A DNA stretch of 64,000 nt from Raillietiella orientalis (lineage: Eukaryota), in NCBI GenBank assembly GCA_036172245.1, contig JAYWIR010000005.1, forward strand, positions 1,550,001 to 1,614,000, in the 5' to 3' direction. Positions within the stretch are counted from its first letter, which is position 1; every line of letters starts with the position of its first letter. Positions 37,001-49,000 of the stretch are shown piece by piece. The notes beneath the pieces were generated by a model that saw only the letters and a list, made by a program, of their open reading frames with translations, was not told the origin of the DNA and did not search any database. The position numbers and the translations under genes are program-made.

Positions 37001-40000
37001 TGACTCTTCCGGCCTCCGGAAGGGTCAGCATCCGAAGACCACCGTTTCCTTCGTCCCTCGTAGAGAGAACAGACAGTCCTGAGAGAGCCAGGGAACCCCC
37101 CTTCTCCCAGTGAAGTGGGGTAACTGCGCCAGGCATGCGAGAGGTGATGGTGAATGCACGATAGCGCAGTGAGAGAGGAAAGCAGGGAGCGATGGACGCT
37201 GATGCTGCTGGAGGCGCAGGTGAGGTCCCTGAGCTCCCTGACGGCCGTGACCGGGACTCACCTGGAAGGAGGCGAACGTCTGGTCGCAGAGCAACCAGAT
37301 GATCTCGACCGTCTCGTTCACGCCCATGGCCAAGGACATGCCCAGGAAGATCATGTAGTGGATGCCGAAGAGGGGAACCAGGACCAGGGTGGACTTGGCC
37401 CATTTTCTGGAAGGCGTCCGGGCATCGAGAAGGGGAAGGGTGGGGCGGAGCCTCACCTGTACCGCATCGCCGGGGGCTCGTTGCCCAGGGAAGCGCAGAG
37501 CTTCTTCCCCAACACCCTCACAAGCTTCACGAAGAAGATGAAGTTGAGCTGGAGGCAGAGGAGTCTGGACCGATCTCTGAAGGCGCCGGCACGGGGGGAG
37601 GGAGTCGGCCGGATGTCCACTCGGCTGCCCCCGGGACGACCGAGCGCGCGCGCGGAGCGGAGTCGGCGGCGATTGCGCAGCCTGGCCGCCAGGCGGCAAC
37701 CGAGCCGTTGCCCCGGAAACGCCTCCCCACAAGAGACCCCGGGACGACCCTCATGGTGCTGCTCTCCCTGTCTTCCTGTCCCCAGGGAACCTCAGGAGCC
37801 GCGCCTCCGGAGAGCACTGCCGTCCGCAGCGCCTCCCGCGGCGCCCTCCAGAAACGCTCGCTCGGTGCTCCGGCAGGCAGGTCGCCCAGAGTCGTGGACA
37901 CCGTGTCCACCCCTCCTTCCGTCCCGTGAACTTTATGCTGCTCTGCGCCCGTTCCTCTTCTTGGGTCGTCCGCGGCTCCCCACGCGACTATCCCTGGCAA
38001 CCTCGCTCCCCTTGATGAAGCCAGCAGGGGCGACAGAGTCTCGGCCGGGACCGGCAGCGGTGGCTCTGCCCCGAGTCTCCCGGAAGCCTTCAGGTCTCCT
38101 CTTCGGGGTCGCGTCGGACACTCGTGAGTGATCACCTGGGGTGCTCCCCGAGAAAACTCTGCCCCTCAATAGTACCGCACGGATGGAGGAGGGGCAACGT
38201 CCCGAGGAGATCCTCTGAGCGGGAAACAGCATCGCGCACTGTTGCTTTGTAAACGCCGCCGCAGCTCCTCCACCGTGAAGCAGACGTGAGCGTCTGAGAA
38301 GATGAGAGAGCCCTGCCGCAGAAGTCCTTTGGAGATCGCGGAGGACGAGCTCCCGCTCGAGGTGTGGGTGGGCAGGAATCAGTACTCTTGCCTTGGGATG
38401 GAGGTCGAGCCACTCCCACCCCATCCTGTTGCCTTAATCATCACGACGCGCCCCCCGAAGGACCTCTCGTAAGGTTCGGAGGGCAACTTTCCTCCAGAAA
38501 CGGTCACCCGTGGGGAAAGGACCGCGACCTGGGGGTTCTTGAAGTGCGGAGACGAGAGAGAGACTCCCGGATGTGACTCCCTCTTGTGGGGGCGGGGAAG
38601 GGCCTGGCAGGGAACGCGGATCGGCTCCCAAAGGAAGTGGCGCTCTTCTGGGCGCGCAGGAGGCGGTGGGGTCCCAGCCCGCCTCCAGCGACGGAAGGAG
38701 AGTATGAGCCCTGCTCCCCGCCCACTTCGTTTGCCCAGCCTTCTCCGGAGGGACTGAGACGAACGAAGGGGGCACTGGAAGGGAGGACTGCGGTAGGGCG
38801 CCGAACCGAGCGAGGAGCCGTCTCGTCCTCCTCTCTGAACGGTGGCTCCATTCGCGGCGCGGCCCGCCTCGAGACGCTCGGCTGGAGGGTGCCGCTGACG
38901 CATCAGTTGTCAGCAGTCGCGACCGAAACCCTCCGCTCGGATTCTTCGCGATCGGGAAGGGGCAGAGGAGGGAGAGAAGGTAGGGGAGAGGAGAACGAGG
39001 TCGAGAACGACGGCGGAAAGAAGGAAGAATAAGTAAAAGGGAAGGGAGGAAGAAAAACAACAGGAAAAAAGAAGAGGAAAGGCAGAGGAGGAGGAAGGAA
39101 AGAAGGGAGGAGCTGAGAGGGAGGATAAGAATCAGGGGGGGAATGAGGAATAAGAATGAGGGGAAGTAGAGATTAGAGTGAGGGGATAAGAAGGAGAAAG
39201 GGGGATGCAAGGAGACCAAGCGATCCGTCCCTTCCTATTGGCATCTCGATCCCGGGCGTTAGGCCGACTTCTCTTTCTCGGTTCCTCTCGGTCTCTGCAG
39301 TCCCCGCGTTTTACCCCGCTCCTATCGGAGTTCCAAGATCGGAGCTTCCGTCTCCGCCTCGACGAAGGGGACGTCTCCGTCCCCTTCGTCGGGAAGCGCG
39401 GCTCCAGGAGTGGTCACGAACTCCCGCTTCCGGGGATGCGGAAGGGAGGACTCCAACTCTTCCCACGCGACCAGCGTGAGATCCACTGACCGAGACCGCC
39501 TTTCGGGGTCAGTAAGTCAGTGGCGAAGGGGAACGGGGGCTCCCTCACCGTCTTTCCGGGTGCTTCCCCGTGTGGCGGAAGGCATGGAGAGACCCCGTTC
39601 CTCGGGAAAGGGAAGCAACTGGGCCTGCGTGTGTGGAGGCGAAGGCAGCGAGGGAGGGGCGCTCCAGCCCACCTCCGTTCCCGTCGTGGGCAGGCGGGCG
39701 CCTCTGATGGAGAACGCGGCGCAGTAGCAGCGTGCCTCCCTGGGGCTTGAAAGTGGCAGCATAGGGGCGCGGAGTAGGGTCGCGCGGGGTCAAGGCGGGC
39801 GCGTCAGGGAGGCGTACCACGATGGAGAGGCTGATGGGCCCTCGGATCAGCCAGAAGAGGTACTTGTTCTGGTTGATGGTCCAGCAGAAGGCATCTTCCA
39901 TTGTGAGCCTGCAGGCGATCCACACGAGGACGATCAGCACGGGCAGGCCTGGCGGCCAGGGTGGAGCTACCCGGGGGGGAAGGGAGGTCGAGGACTCACC

Positions 40001-43000
40001 CCATCCCAGTATGATGTAGGAAAGGATGCTGTGGTTGTCGCTGAACATCGCGTAGAACACCAGGTTGTGCAGGTACAGCCCTTCCATGAGCACCCAGGAG
40101 TAGTTGGCCATGATGAAGTACTGCCAGAGGGAGGTCAGCAACTTGCAGCTCCATTCCTGCGCGGAGACAGACGCCTCACTTCCTCCTCCCGCTCGGAAGC
40201 GCTGCGGGTGCCCCTCGACCAGCACACGGGGCTGCGACCCCGCTCTGCCACCACCACCCGCCTCCAGAAAGCATCAAAGGAAGTAGAAAGGAAGGAGAAA
40301 AAGAGACCGCGGGAACCCTTCGGGTTGCCAAAGACGACCCAAAACAAAGGAAACAGGCAGGGAGGGTGGCGTCTGCCGGGACGGTCGAACAGATCGCCGT
40401 AGCGATAAAAACGGGGGTCCTCCCTGGCGGCCCCCGATGCCTTGGTTGCCGATGCCGATGTCGAGGTTCGCTGGATCCGTCATTCCTTTGTAGTGGTTGC
40501 TACTTCCAGTAGAGATCTGTGCCTGCGGGCGGTGGCTCTGGGAGAGACCATGACCCGTCTCCTCCTATGCACACCGCGCTGCCAATCTCCTCCTCCTCCT
40601 CCTTCCTTCTTCCTCCTCGTCCTTTGATTCTCCCTCTTTGTTCCCTCTTCCCACTATCCTTCTGTCTTTTCGCTCTTCCTCCCCTCCTCCTCTTTTTCCT
40701 TTCCTCCTTTCTTCTTCCCTTCTTCCTCCTCCCTTTCCTTGTCTTCCTCCCTTCCTCCTTTTTTCCTCTTCCTTTCTTCCTCGCTTTCCCCTCTTCCTCC
40801 TCCCTTCCTATTCCTTCTCCTTTCCTCCTCTGTAGGCAGGTAGCGTTCTCGTACTGGCCACCTTCCTTCAGTGCAGCTTGCCTCCTTCTGTGGGTGAGCC
40901 TCGGACAGCGACTGCGTCGAATTGCGAAGTTTCTGCGGCAACCGACACACGTCCATGAGGTCCGATGAGCGACGCGGCATCGGGTTCATCTCTCGGCGGC
41001 AGCCCTGCATGACCAAAGCGACCCCACAGGGAGTTCCTTCTCTCCAGCGGTACCCGGTAGCGCCAGCGCCGCGGGCGGCGTCCGCACCGAGGTGCCCTCG
41101 ATGGGCTCGAAGCGCGGAGGAGGGATCACCGCCGCGGACATCGGGGACGATGAGAGGGAGAAAGGGCGGGTCTGCCGGCGAGTCGGCGCCGTGGCGGCTT
41201 GAGCGGCGAAAACACGGTGGAGTACAGAAGGTGGCGCTGGCGCCATCGCAGAGAGGCAACTCCCGAGGAGAAGGCGACAGGAGGGCAAATTTTCACAAAA
41301 TGTCACAGGTCCAGCTCCGGTCCCGGGACGCAACCTCCTCCTCCTTCCGACCGGCATTGCCACGCGGCGGTCGGAAGGCAGCCGAGCCTTCTGCCTTTTC
41401 AGGGCCTCTGTTGCGATTCCGAGACCTCGACTCAGGAACCAGGAGGAGTGAAGAGACGAAAGCGTTGCTAAGGACTCTGGGACGCCATTGGTCCTTCCTT
41501 TTTTATACTTTTTTCTTGTTTTTTTTTTCGACCAGCTGGCGGCGGTGTATCCCTTCTTGCCCCTTCGACCGGGATGCCCTTTGTAAGTGAACGTCCTTAT
41601 ATCCTCCTTATATCCTCCTGGTGACCTCTGATCCTGTAGTGAATGGCGCTCTGGTGGTTCGAGGGCCTGAGGAATTCCTCGTCGGGCCACGCCCTTCCCT
41701 GGAGGAGCTGTGACTCTGTCGACCGGGGAACGTCCCTTCACCTAAGAGTCCCCTTCCCCCCACTCGAGAGACCGCAGATCTGCTTACCCACGAGGTGGCG
41801 CTGCCGTCCTCCCACTGGACGTCGACCGTGCCGTTGCTGGCGTGCTCGGAGCCCTCAAAGGCGGCGGCATCCGCAACCCCCAGCTCGAAGAGACGATTCT
41901 TGACCAGAGCCATGAGCGCCCGCATCATGAAGGATGCGTACAGGTTCATGTGGAGGCTGTTTCTAGGGCAACGCAGCTTCCTGCAAAGGGCGGACCGTTT
42001 CGGCCCGCTCGAGGTCCGTGGGAGGTCAGGTCGCCGGCTTCGCGCAGAGGGGGAAGGAAGACTGAGGCAAGACTCCGGGTTGCCCCGGGAGCGGTCCGCG
42101 CTAGCGGACGCCAGGACGGAGGGGAATCTAAGGTTACCTCAATGACCTGACCTGACCTGACCTGATCTGGGGGTCGGCCCTTAGGAGAAAGATTTGTGCG
42201 CGTTATCCCCTGAGAGTGACCCACCGCCTCTCGTTGGAGAAAGGTCGGCTGCTGTCCTCGCCGGCCCGCGCCTTCCTAACTGGGAGCCGGGCGCCAGACA
42301 TGACAGCCCTGGAGCAGGAATCAGTCCTCTTGGAAAGAATCCAGAAAAACGGGGATGCCATATCGAGGGGATGACTTTGCATTCCCACCCCTACATGCCT
42401 TGAAGCGGTTCGATGAATTGAGTCGCACCGGGGCCGTGACCGCGAGCTGTTTCCACCGATCGCCTCCAGGGCGCATCGGGGAGAGGAAGGAAGAAGGAGA
42501 AGAGGAGGGAACTCCGGTTGCCAGGGATGATTCGCACCTCCTTATATCTCCCTCCCCCGGAAGGAGGAAGTCGGATGGAGTCGGCCGGATCTTCGTAACG
42601 ATGGCAACAGCCGGCATGACCTCACAGCATCGCCCCCTTGCAGCGGGAAGGATTCCTTCCAACCCCTCCCCCATTCGGCGGTTGCACATGCGCTGGCTCA
42701 CCCCACCACCATCAGCGGGCGATAGACCGCGAGCACGAGGAACCACGGGGCAGCTGGAGGAGGTGCGCGACCTCTCGACTCGCTGGCGACAGCGCCTCCC
42801 GCAGGGCTCTCTGGAAACGGCGTTCTCTGCTCCGGCGGGCCGTATCCGCGTCATCCCGGCTTGTGGGTGTGATGGAAGGGAAGAGAGGTTCGTGGAAGCC
42901 GACGCCCGTGCCAGGGCTGCCCTCTGTCTGTCTTACCTGATGCAGACGAGTATCAGAAAGGAGATCAGCAGGGCCCCCAGGGAGACGCTGTAGCCCAGGT

Positions 43001-46000
43001 TGGAGAGCACGCGAATGGGTGGTAGCCACTTCTGGAACGAGCGAAGAGGGCCATCTGGCTGGAGCGGCTCTGCTGGGGGGTCGCCGCGCCTCGCCTCCAC
43101 TGACTACCCTTCCTTTCCCCGGAAGCAACTCAACAACTCCTTGCCTGTCCTGGACCGATGGTCAGCCCCTGAGGGCACCGTATCGAGCCAAAGACACGCG
43201 GAAGGATGGATGGAGATCAGTCTGGTGGGTCCCTTTCCCTCCAAGGAGGCAACAGAGCCCTGCTGGCTCACACCCGAACTCCCAGGAGAGGGGATGCGCT
43301 CCCGCCTGGCACCCGCCAACTCGCCTTCACCCATCGAAAGGAAATCAGCGACGTGTTCAGCCCTGCCTCCAGGACTCCCCCAGCTTCGCCCTCGACAGTC
43401 TGCCGAGGCAGCGGCACCGCTCCCGAAGCGGAATTGCGAAAGGAGCGGAGAGAAAAGCCGATCTCGTCTTCCTGGGTGCTTCCTGGGAACTCTCTACGCC
43501 CCCGAGCGAGAGCGTCGTCGCACAGAGAGAGCGGAACGGGCCTTCCGAACGAGAGTTGCGTTGCGCAGGCGCAGCCGAAGGAGCAGAGGGGCGCTCGCCC
43601 CATATTTCAGTAGAGGGAATCCTCAGCCTCCGAGAGGGATAGCACTTCTAGCAGGCTGAGAGTGAGCGACATGGAAGAACTGTCTGCAGACCTCTCGAGT
43701 CAGGCTCAGGAACTTCTGAGACAAATGAGAGCTGGAACAGGACTTCGGCTTCCCAACCGTGCAGGGTACGGGTGATGGATAGCAGGGGAGACTCTCTGAT
43801 GGAAGTGGTAGCTTCTAGGGAGGAGAGATGGCCATCGGATAGCAGCAGTGGTTTCTGGGAAGGAGAGATGGTCGCTGGATAGCAGTGGTGGCTGGCGGAT
43901 GGCAGTGGTGATTACTGGGAAGAAGAGATGGTCATCGGATGGCAGTGGTGGATGCCGGGAATGAGAAATGGCCAGCGGACAGCAGCGGTGACTGCTAGAA
44001 AGAATAGACGTGGATCTATTTCATTCCTTCCACCGATGTTTTTTTCCCTTCCTGAAGGGCGAGTCTCAGATGTCACGCCTCTCTCTGGGAAACCTCGCCC
44101 TCATAGCACCGTCGTCGCCTCTGGAGCTGCTCTCGGGCGGGTTTCCGGTGGCAGGGCAGCCGGTCGCGGCGGCTCCGTCCCTGGAGAAGGGGGCTCCAGA
44201 ACTCAGGCGAACCCCTCGCAACCGGAGGTCAGCAGAGGGAAGCTGTGGCTCCGGGAGGAGCAAAGTCCCTCCCGAACGGCGCATAGAAGGAGTGGGGAGG
44301 GGAGGAAAAGGCGCGGAAGAAGGTCGCGTGGCTCCTCCTCTGGAGGACCGTAACGGTCCGTGAGGCGTCGTCGGGACCGAGCACGCGTGAAGACGGGGAG
44401 GGAGGGGGGAATCCGATCTTCGGGTTCCTCGATGACCGACCAGGGAGCTCGAAGCGATTCGCCTCTCATCCGCAAAAGAGGATGCCCAGAATGCTCCAGC
44501 GGTCTCCTCTTCTGGGGCTCCCTGTGCGCATCTGAGGACCCCTGGGCCCACGAGTTCACAGCAGGGTCGCCGATCTGGAGACCTCGAGAGGCCGCCACGA
44601 GCTTCTCACGGCCGTCGCCATGAGATGATCCAGTGCGAAAGCACCACAGGGATGCGTTGCCCTCAGAACAATCGAAGTCACGGACACCTCGAGGCTTCTC
44701 TGTCGGAAGGAAAGCAGCCCGCGGTCTCCAGATCCGAGGATCGAGGGTCCGAGCTTCTCTACCGACGGGAAAGCACGGCGCGAGGGCGTGTTTAACCCCG
44801 GAGGCGATCCCGGAAGTCATGGGGCTGAGAGGCCTGCGAGTTTGCTCTGCTGCGCCTGGAGCGCCAGCCGGCCGGAGGCTGCGCGCCCTTCTCGCGGTCT
44901 CCCCCTGGCGCCCCTGTCATCGGATGACCGAGCCTCCGGTCATCCTTCCGTTCAAGGCCCGACCGCTCAGCGCCCACCGCGTGCCCCGTGAGATCCTCGT
45001 CCTCCTCGAGGTTGAGCCTAGGCTTTCTCTCCGTCCAGTTCGAAGCGCCTCTGCCTCCTCCAAAGACGACACCTTCCTGGTTTCCATGACGATCGAAGTC
45101 TCATCCCTCGCACCCTCATTCTCTGGGCTTCCCGATGACGCACGACCTCGGCGACCTTTCTCCCTCCCTCTCAGCGCTTGAGCCTTTCTCGTAGCCCCCC
45201 GTGCTCCCCTGGGACGTCCGCGTCTGCACATTGGTCCGGAGAGCAGCGCAAGGCGCAGGAGGAGAGCACCCGCTCTCCTTGCGTTAAGGAGACCAACTAC
45301 AAGAGGTACTCCCGGAGACCGCGAGCAACGGGTCACCGGCTTCTTTGAATGCTTTCCGGTTTCAGGGGCCCCTCGGACAGACCCCAGTCCCTCTTGTCCC
45401 CAGGAGAGGGGGAGGTTCCCGTGAGAGCGGAGCAGGGCACAGGCGACGCGGTCGTCTGTGCCGATCACTGCGTGGAAGGCCTGGAGGAGGTGCAAAGTTA
45501 GTTCCAGCCTGATCCTTCCAGCGAGAGGTGGTGGTGTCTCCGGGTGGTGCCGCTCGCGTCCTGAGTCCGCGGAGGAGCGCAGGAGGAGCCGCGGGATGGT
45601 GCAGTCTGTTACCCTGTTGCCGTCTGATCAGCGGCGGCGACCTCCCGGATGGGACCACCCACTACTCATCGGTGATCCCCATTCTCATCCTAGAATCACG
45701 GAGCTGGATTTAGAGGTCCTTCTCTTCCCCTCGTCCACCTGAGGAAGCGAAGGCGCCCCTCCTTCCGTTCACACCCACGACCGACCTTCTTTTCCCCCCG
45801 GAGAGCTCCAGGAACAGTTTCCCAGGAAACCTCTTTCCGGCGTCCGGGAAGGTTCCGAGCGGACAGGAGCGGACAGAAGCGAACATAGGGCCAGAAAGCA
45901 GGGACGCCGAGCTCCACACGGGGAAAGGAGAATGAGCGTCTCCTGCTCCCAGGATCGAGGGAGGAGCCGAGGGGAGGAGAAGGGTGAGTGCAGCCATTTC

Positions 46001-49000
46001 CACATCGACTCCTTTCCCAGCGATTGGCAAAGATGGGAACGGTGCCACTCGAGTGGAGAAAAAACGAAAGGAGACGGAGAGGAGAAGAAGGAAAGGAGGA
46101 GGAGGAGAAAGAAGAAAGGAGTAGAAAGGGAGGAAGGGAAAGGAAGAGAAACAAAGGTGGAGGGGGAGGAGGAAAAGAAATGGAATAGGAGGGAAAAGAA
46201 TGGCGGAGGAGAATGAGAGGGAGATAGGAAGAAGGGGTGGGTGAGATGGAAGAAAAAAGGAGAGGAGAAGAAGGAAGGAAGTGGAGAATGCAAAAGGAAA
46301 TAAGGTGAAGGGAGAGAGGTGATCCAGACTGACGATTCTGGGTGGGGGGAGTTCCGGGAACTCACAGTCTTTGCCGACGCCATGCAGAGGGATAGATGCG
46401 GTCCCACGTACACGTCGCGCGGCTGTGGACCGGCCAGCCACCCCAAGACTGCCGTAAGCCGCAGTTGAAATGCGCCCCTGGATATTCCCGGCTTTTACCC
46501 CTCTCCTCCTCTTCGCGTTCCCGGTGTGAGAGGAGGAGCATTGGTCCCAAGGCGTCTCGTTTTGGGGAGTTGCCAGACAGTTCCGTTTCCTGAGACCTTG
46601 GATGCGGAGCTGTTCGCCCCAGCTCCTACCGGAGGAAGGATCTCTTCCTCAGAATGGTCACTAGCTCTTCGGACTGAAGGCCCGCCGCATTCAGGAGGGG
46701 AGAGGGGAAGACGAAGAGGCGACTAGCTATCGGCGACGACCGTCTCCTTGGAAACGGACCCATCCTCTCCCTCCAGGGCGCGCGTCACGGCGGCGAGGCA
46801 CCGGAGCGGGCTCTGACCGCCTTGGGGTCGATCCCTGCGGCGCTGGACGCGTGCGAGCCTTACCTCCATGGAGCGGTAGTGCCCGATGCCCGCCACGGCG
46901 TGGTGGAGCTCTCCGGAGTGCATGCAGCGCGTGTAGTTGGTCCAGAAGCTCTCATATTCCAGGTGGTAGAACCACTCTCCCTCTGACGTGCAGTACTTGC
47001 TGGCGTTTTCCTGCACCCGGGAAAGAGAGAACAGAGGGATGGGAGCGGGGAGCTCCGGTGGCGCGAGTGCACGAGCGCCCGCTAGCCGTGATCCCACCGA
47101 GTGCCCTCGAACTCGCAGCCGGCTCCCGCAATGACCGTCTCCAGGTTGCGAAATAGCTCGTTTTTTCCGCAATCCCATCGTCCTTGCGGGAATGACCTGC
47201 TCATCCCCGCAAGGACGAAACGGGATTGCTCCCATTCGAAGGTGATCACGTGGCTCACGCCCATCTTCGGGTAGGGGGCGAGCCGATGGGTGGGGGAGGC
47301 GGAAAAGGTTGCGGAAGAGGTACCGGCTCTCTCTGGGAGTAGCGCAGCAACGGGAGGAGAAGAACCGTCGGGTCGGAACCGTGCGAGCAGTGGTCCGGGA
47401 AGAATGGGGCAACCGCTGAATGATGGACACCAGCAGATGAACTGGAGAGGGCCAACGGTCTTGCGGACTGCGCAGTTGCGTTCCGAGTCTCCTCAGGGCA
47501 AGTCGACCTGCTCTCAAGGGCTCCAGGAAACCCCCCACAGAAACGCGAGCAAAGAGCCCACCTCCACTCGAACGGCTACAGCATCTCCACAGGGAGCTGC
47601 AGATGCTCTCATGCCGCAGCATCTGCAGCCGAGGCGGATGAAGGTGAGCGGAAGGGAGGCGGACGGGTAAGGCGAGAGGAAGGAAGGAAGAAAAAGGGGA
47701 AGGAAGGGGGAATGGAGACGAGGGAGGAAGGAAGGAGGAGGAGAAGGAAAGGGTAACGAGTAAGTGCAAGGCCCCTGCATTGAGGAAGTCAGTGACACCG
47801 CGCCGGAGCTCAGAAACGGGTCACGAGAGGTCAGAGGTTCTCGTGTTGACCGCTAGGCATCGCTGACCTCGAAGCGGTTCTTGAATTGTCGGCTCTCCAA
47901 AGGTGAGTCACGCGCGAGCACGCCGCCACGAAGACGAGAGGTCGTTCGACTTGGGACCCAGGCACTGGACCGCAAGCCTTGACCTTTCCGCAGCCCCCTT
48001 TCCCCCAAGAATGCTCCCCATGGAGGCACCTCCTTCGAACAAGCACCTTCTCCTCCCCTCTGTGGGCAGGGGTTTCTCCGGGCCCTGCTGGGGGTCAGCT
48101 TGGAGGGAAGTCGGGAGGCGCGCCGAGAGGAAAACGCTGCAAAGCGCGGCCTCACCTCAGGAGAGAATCCAACGATGTATTCAGGACAGGGTATGGTCCA
48201 TGTAGTGTTTGCCTCCACGTAAGGCCAGCAGGAGATGTCGTCCCAGACCATGGGGCAGTACAGCCCACCTGCGGGAACAGGAACCCAGTCAACCTCCCTC
48301 CTCCACCCTGCCCGAAGGCGTGTCATCAGGGGCGGACCCTTGGAGAGCAGCTACAAAACTCGCGCCTCCCTCTCTCCAAGGAAGGGGGTGATCGGCCGCC
48401 TCCCGTATCCCCCTATTTCCATCCCTCAGAGCTCCCCCGCGCAGTCATCAGTCACATGATTTCCACCCTTCCCTGAGCGCGCGCTATGGAGGAGGAAGTG
48501 AGGGTGGAAAAGGCGCTGCACCTCACTCCTGGGAAGGCTCCTCCCTTCATCACCTCTGCAAACAGGGGCTTGCTGCATCCGCAACAGGAGTGTCTACGGT
48601 CCCAGTCTCTCCCCATAGCAACGGGTTCCTCGGGCGCTCAAGGAATCCGCGGGCTCACTCCCCAGCTCGCGCAGGGACGCGCATTAGGGTTTGTGGGGGT
48701 GGACCAGGTGAGGATCGCGGCGCCTAACGAGGTCGTTCGGCACGCGCAGGTTGAGCGGCGGGAACCGGGAGTGCTTCCGTGAGGATTCGTCTGCTTGCTG
48801 GGACCGGCGTTCACCCCAGTGGGCGTTTTCTAGCGCCGGAGGACCACTGCCAGGCACGGAGGGCGACGCCCGGTGCCAAAGGTGCTGAGATCCAGCGCCT
48901 CCGGTGGGCGTGTCGGCGTCTGCTACGATCCGCAGGAAGGTAGCGGCTCTCCGACGCAAGGATGCCGCGTCGGTGAGGTCACGCGGAAAGCGCGGAAGCA

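Noticed and set aside
42143..42167. Array of nuclear-receptor half sites (TGACCT)
   Set aside because: The sites overlap as a simple pentamer microsatellite, with no defined response-element spacing.
43797..44011. Repeat array considered as CRISPR (also 19290-19452 and 62653-62716)
   Set aside because: Degenerate tandem units without unique spacers, no cas genes, eukaryotic context.
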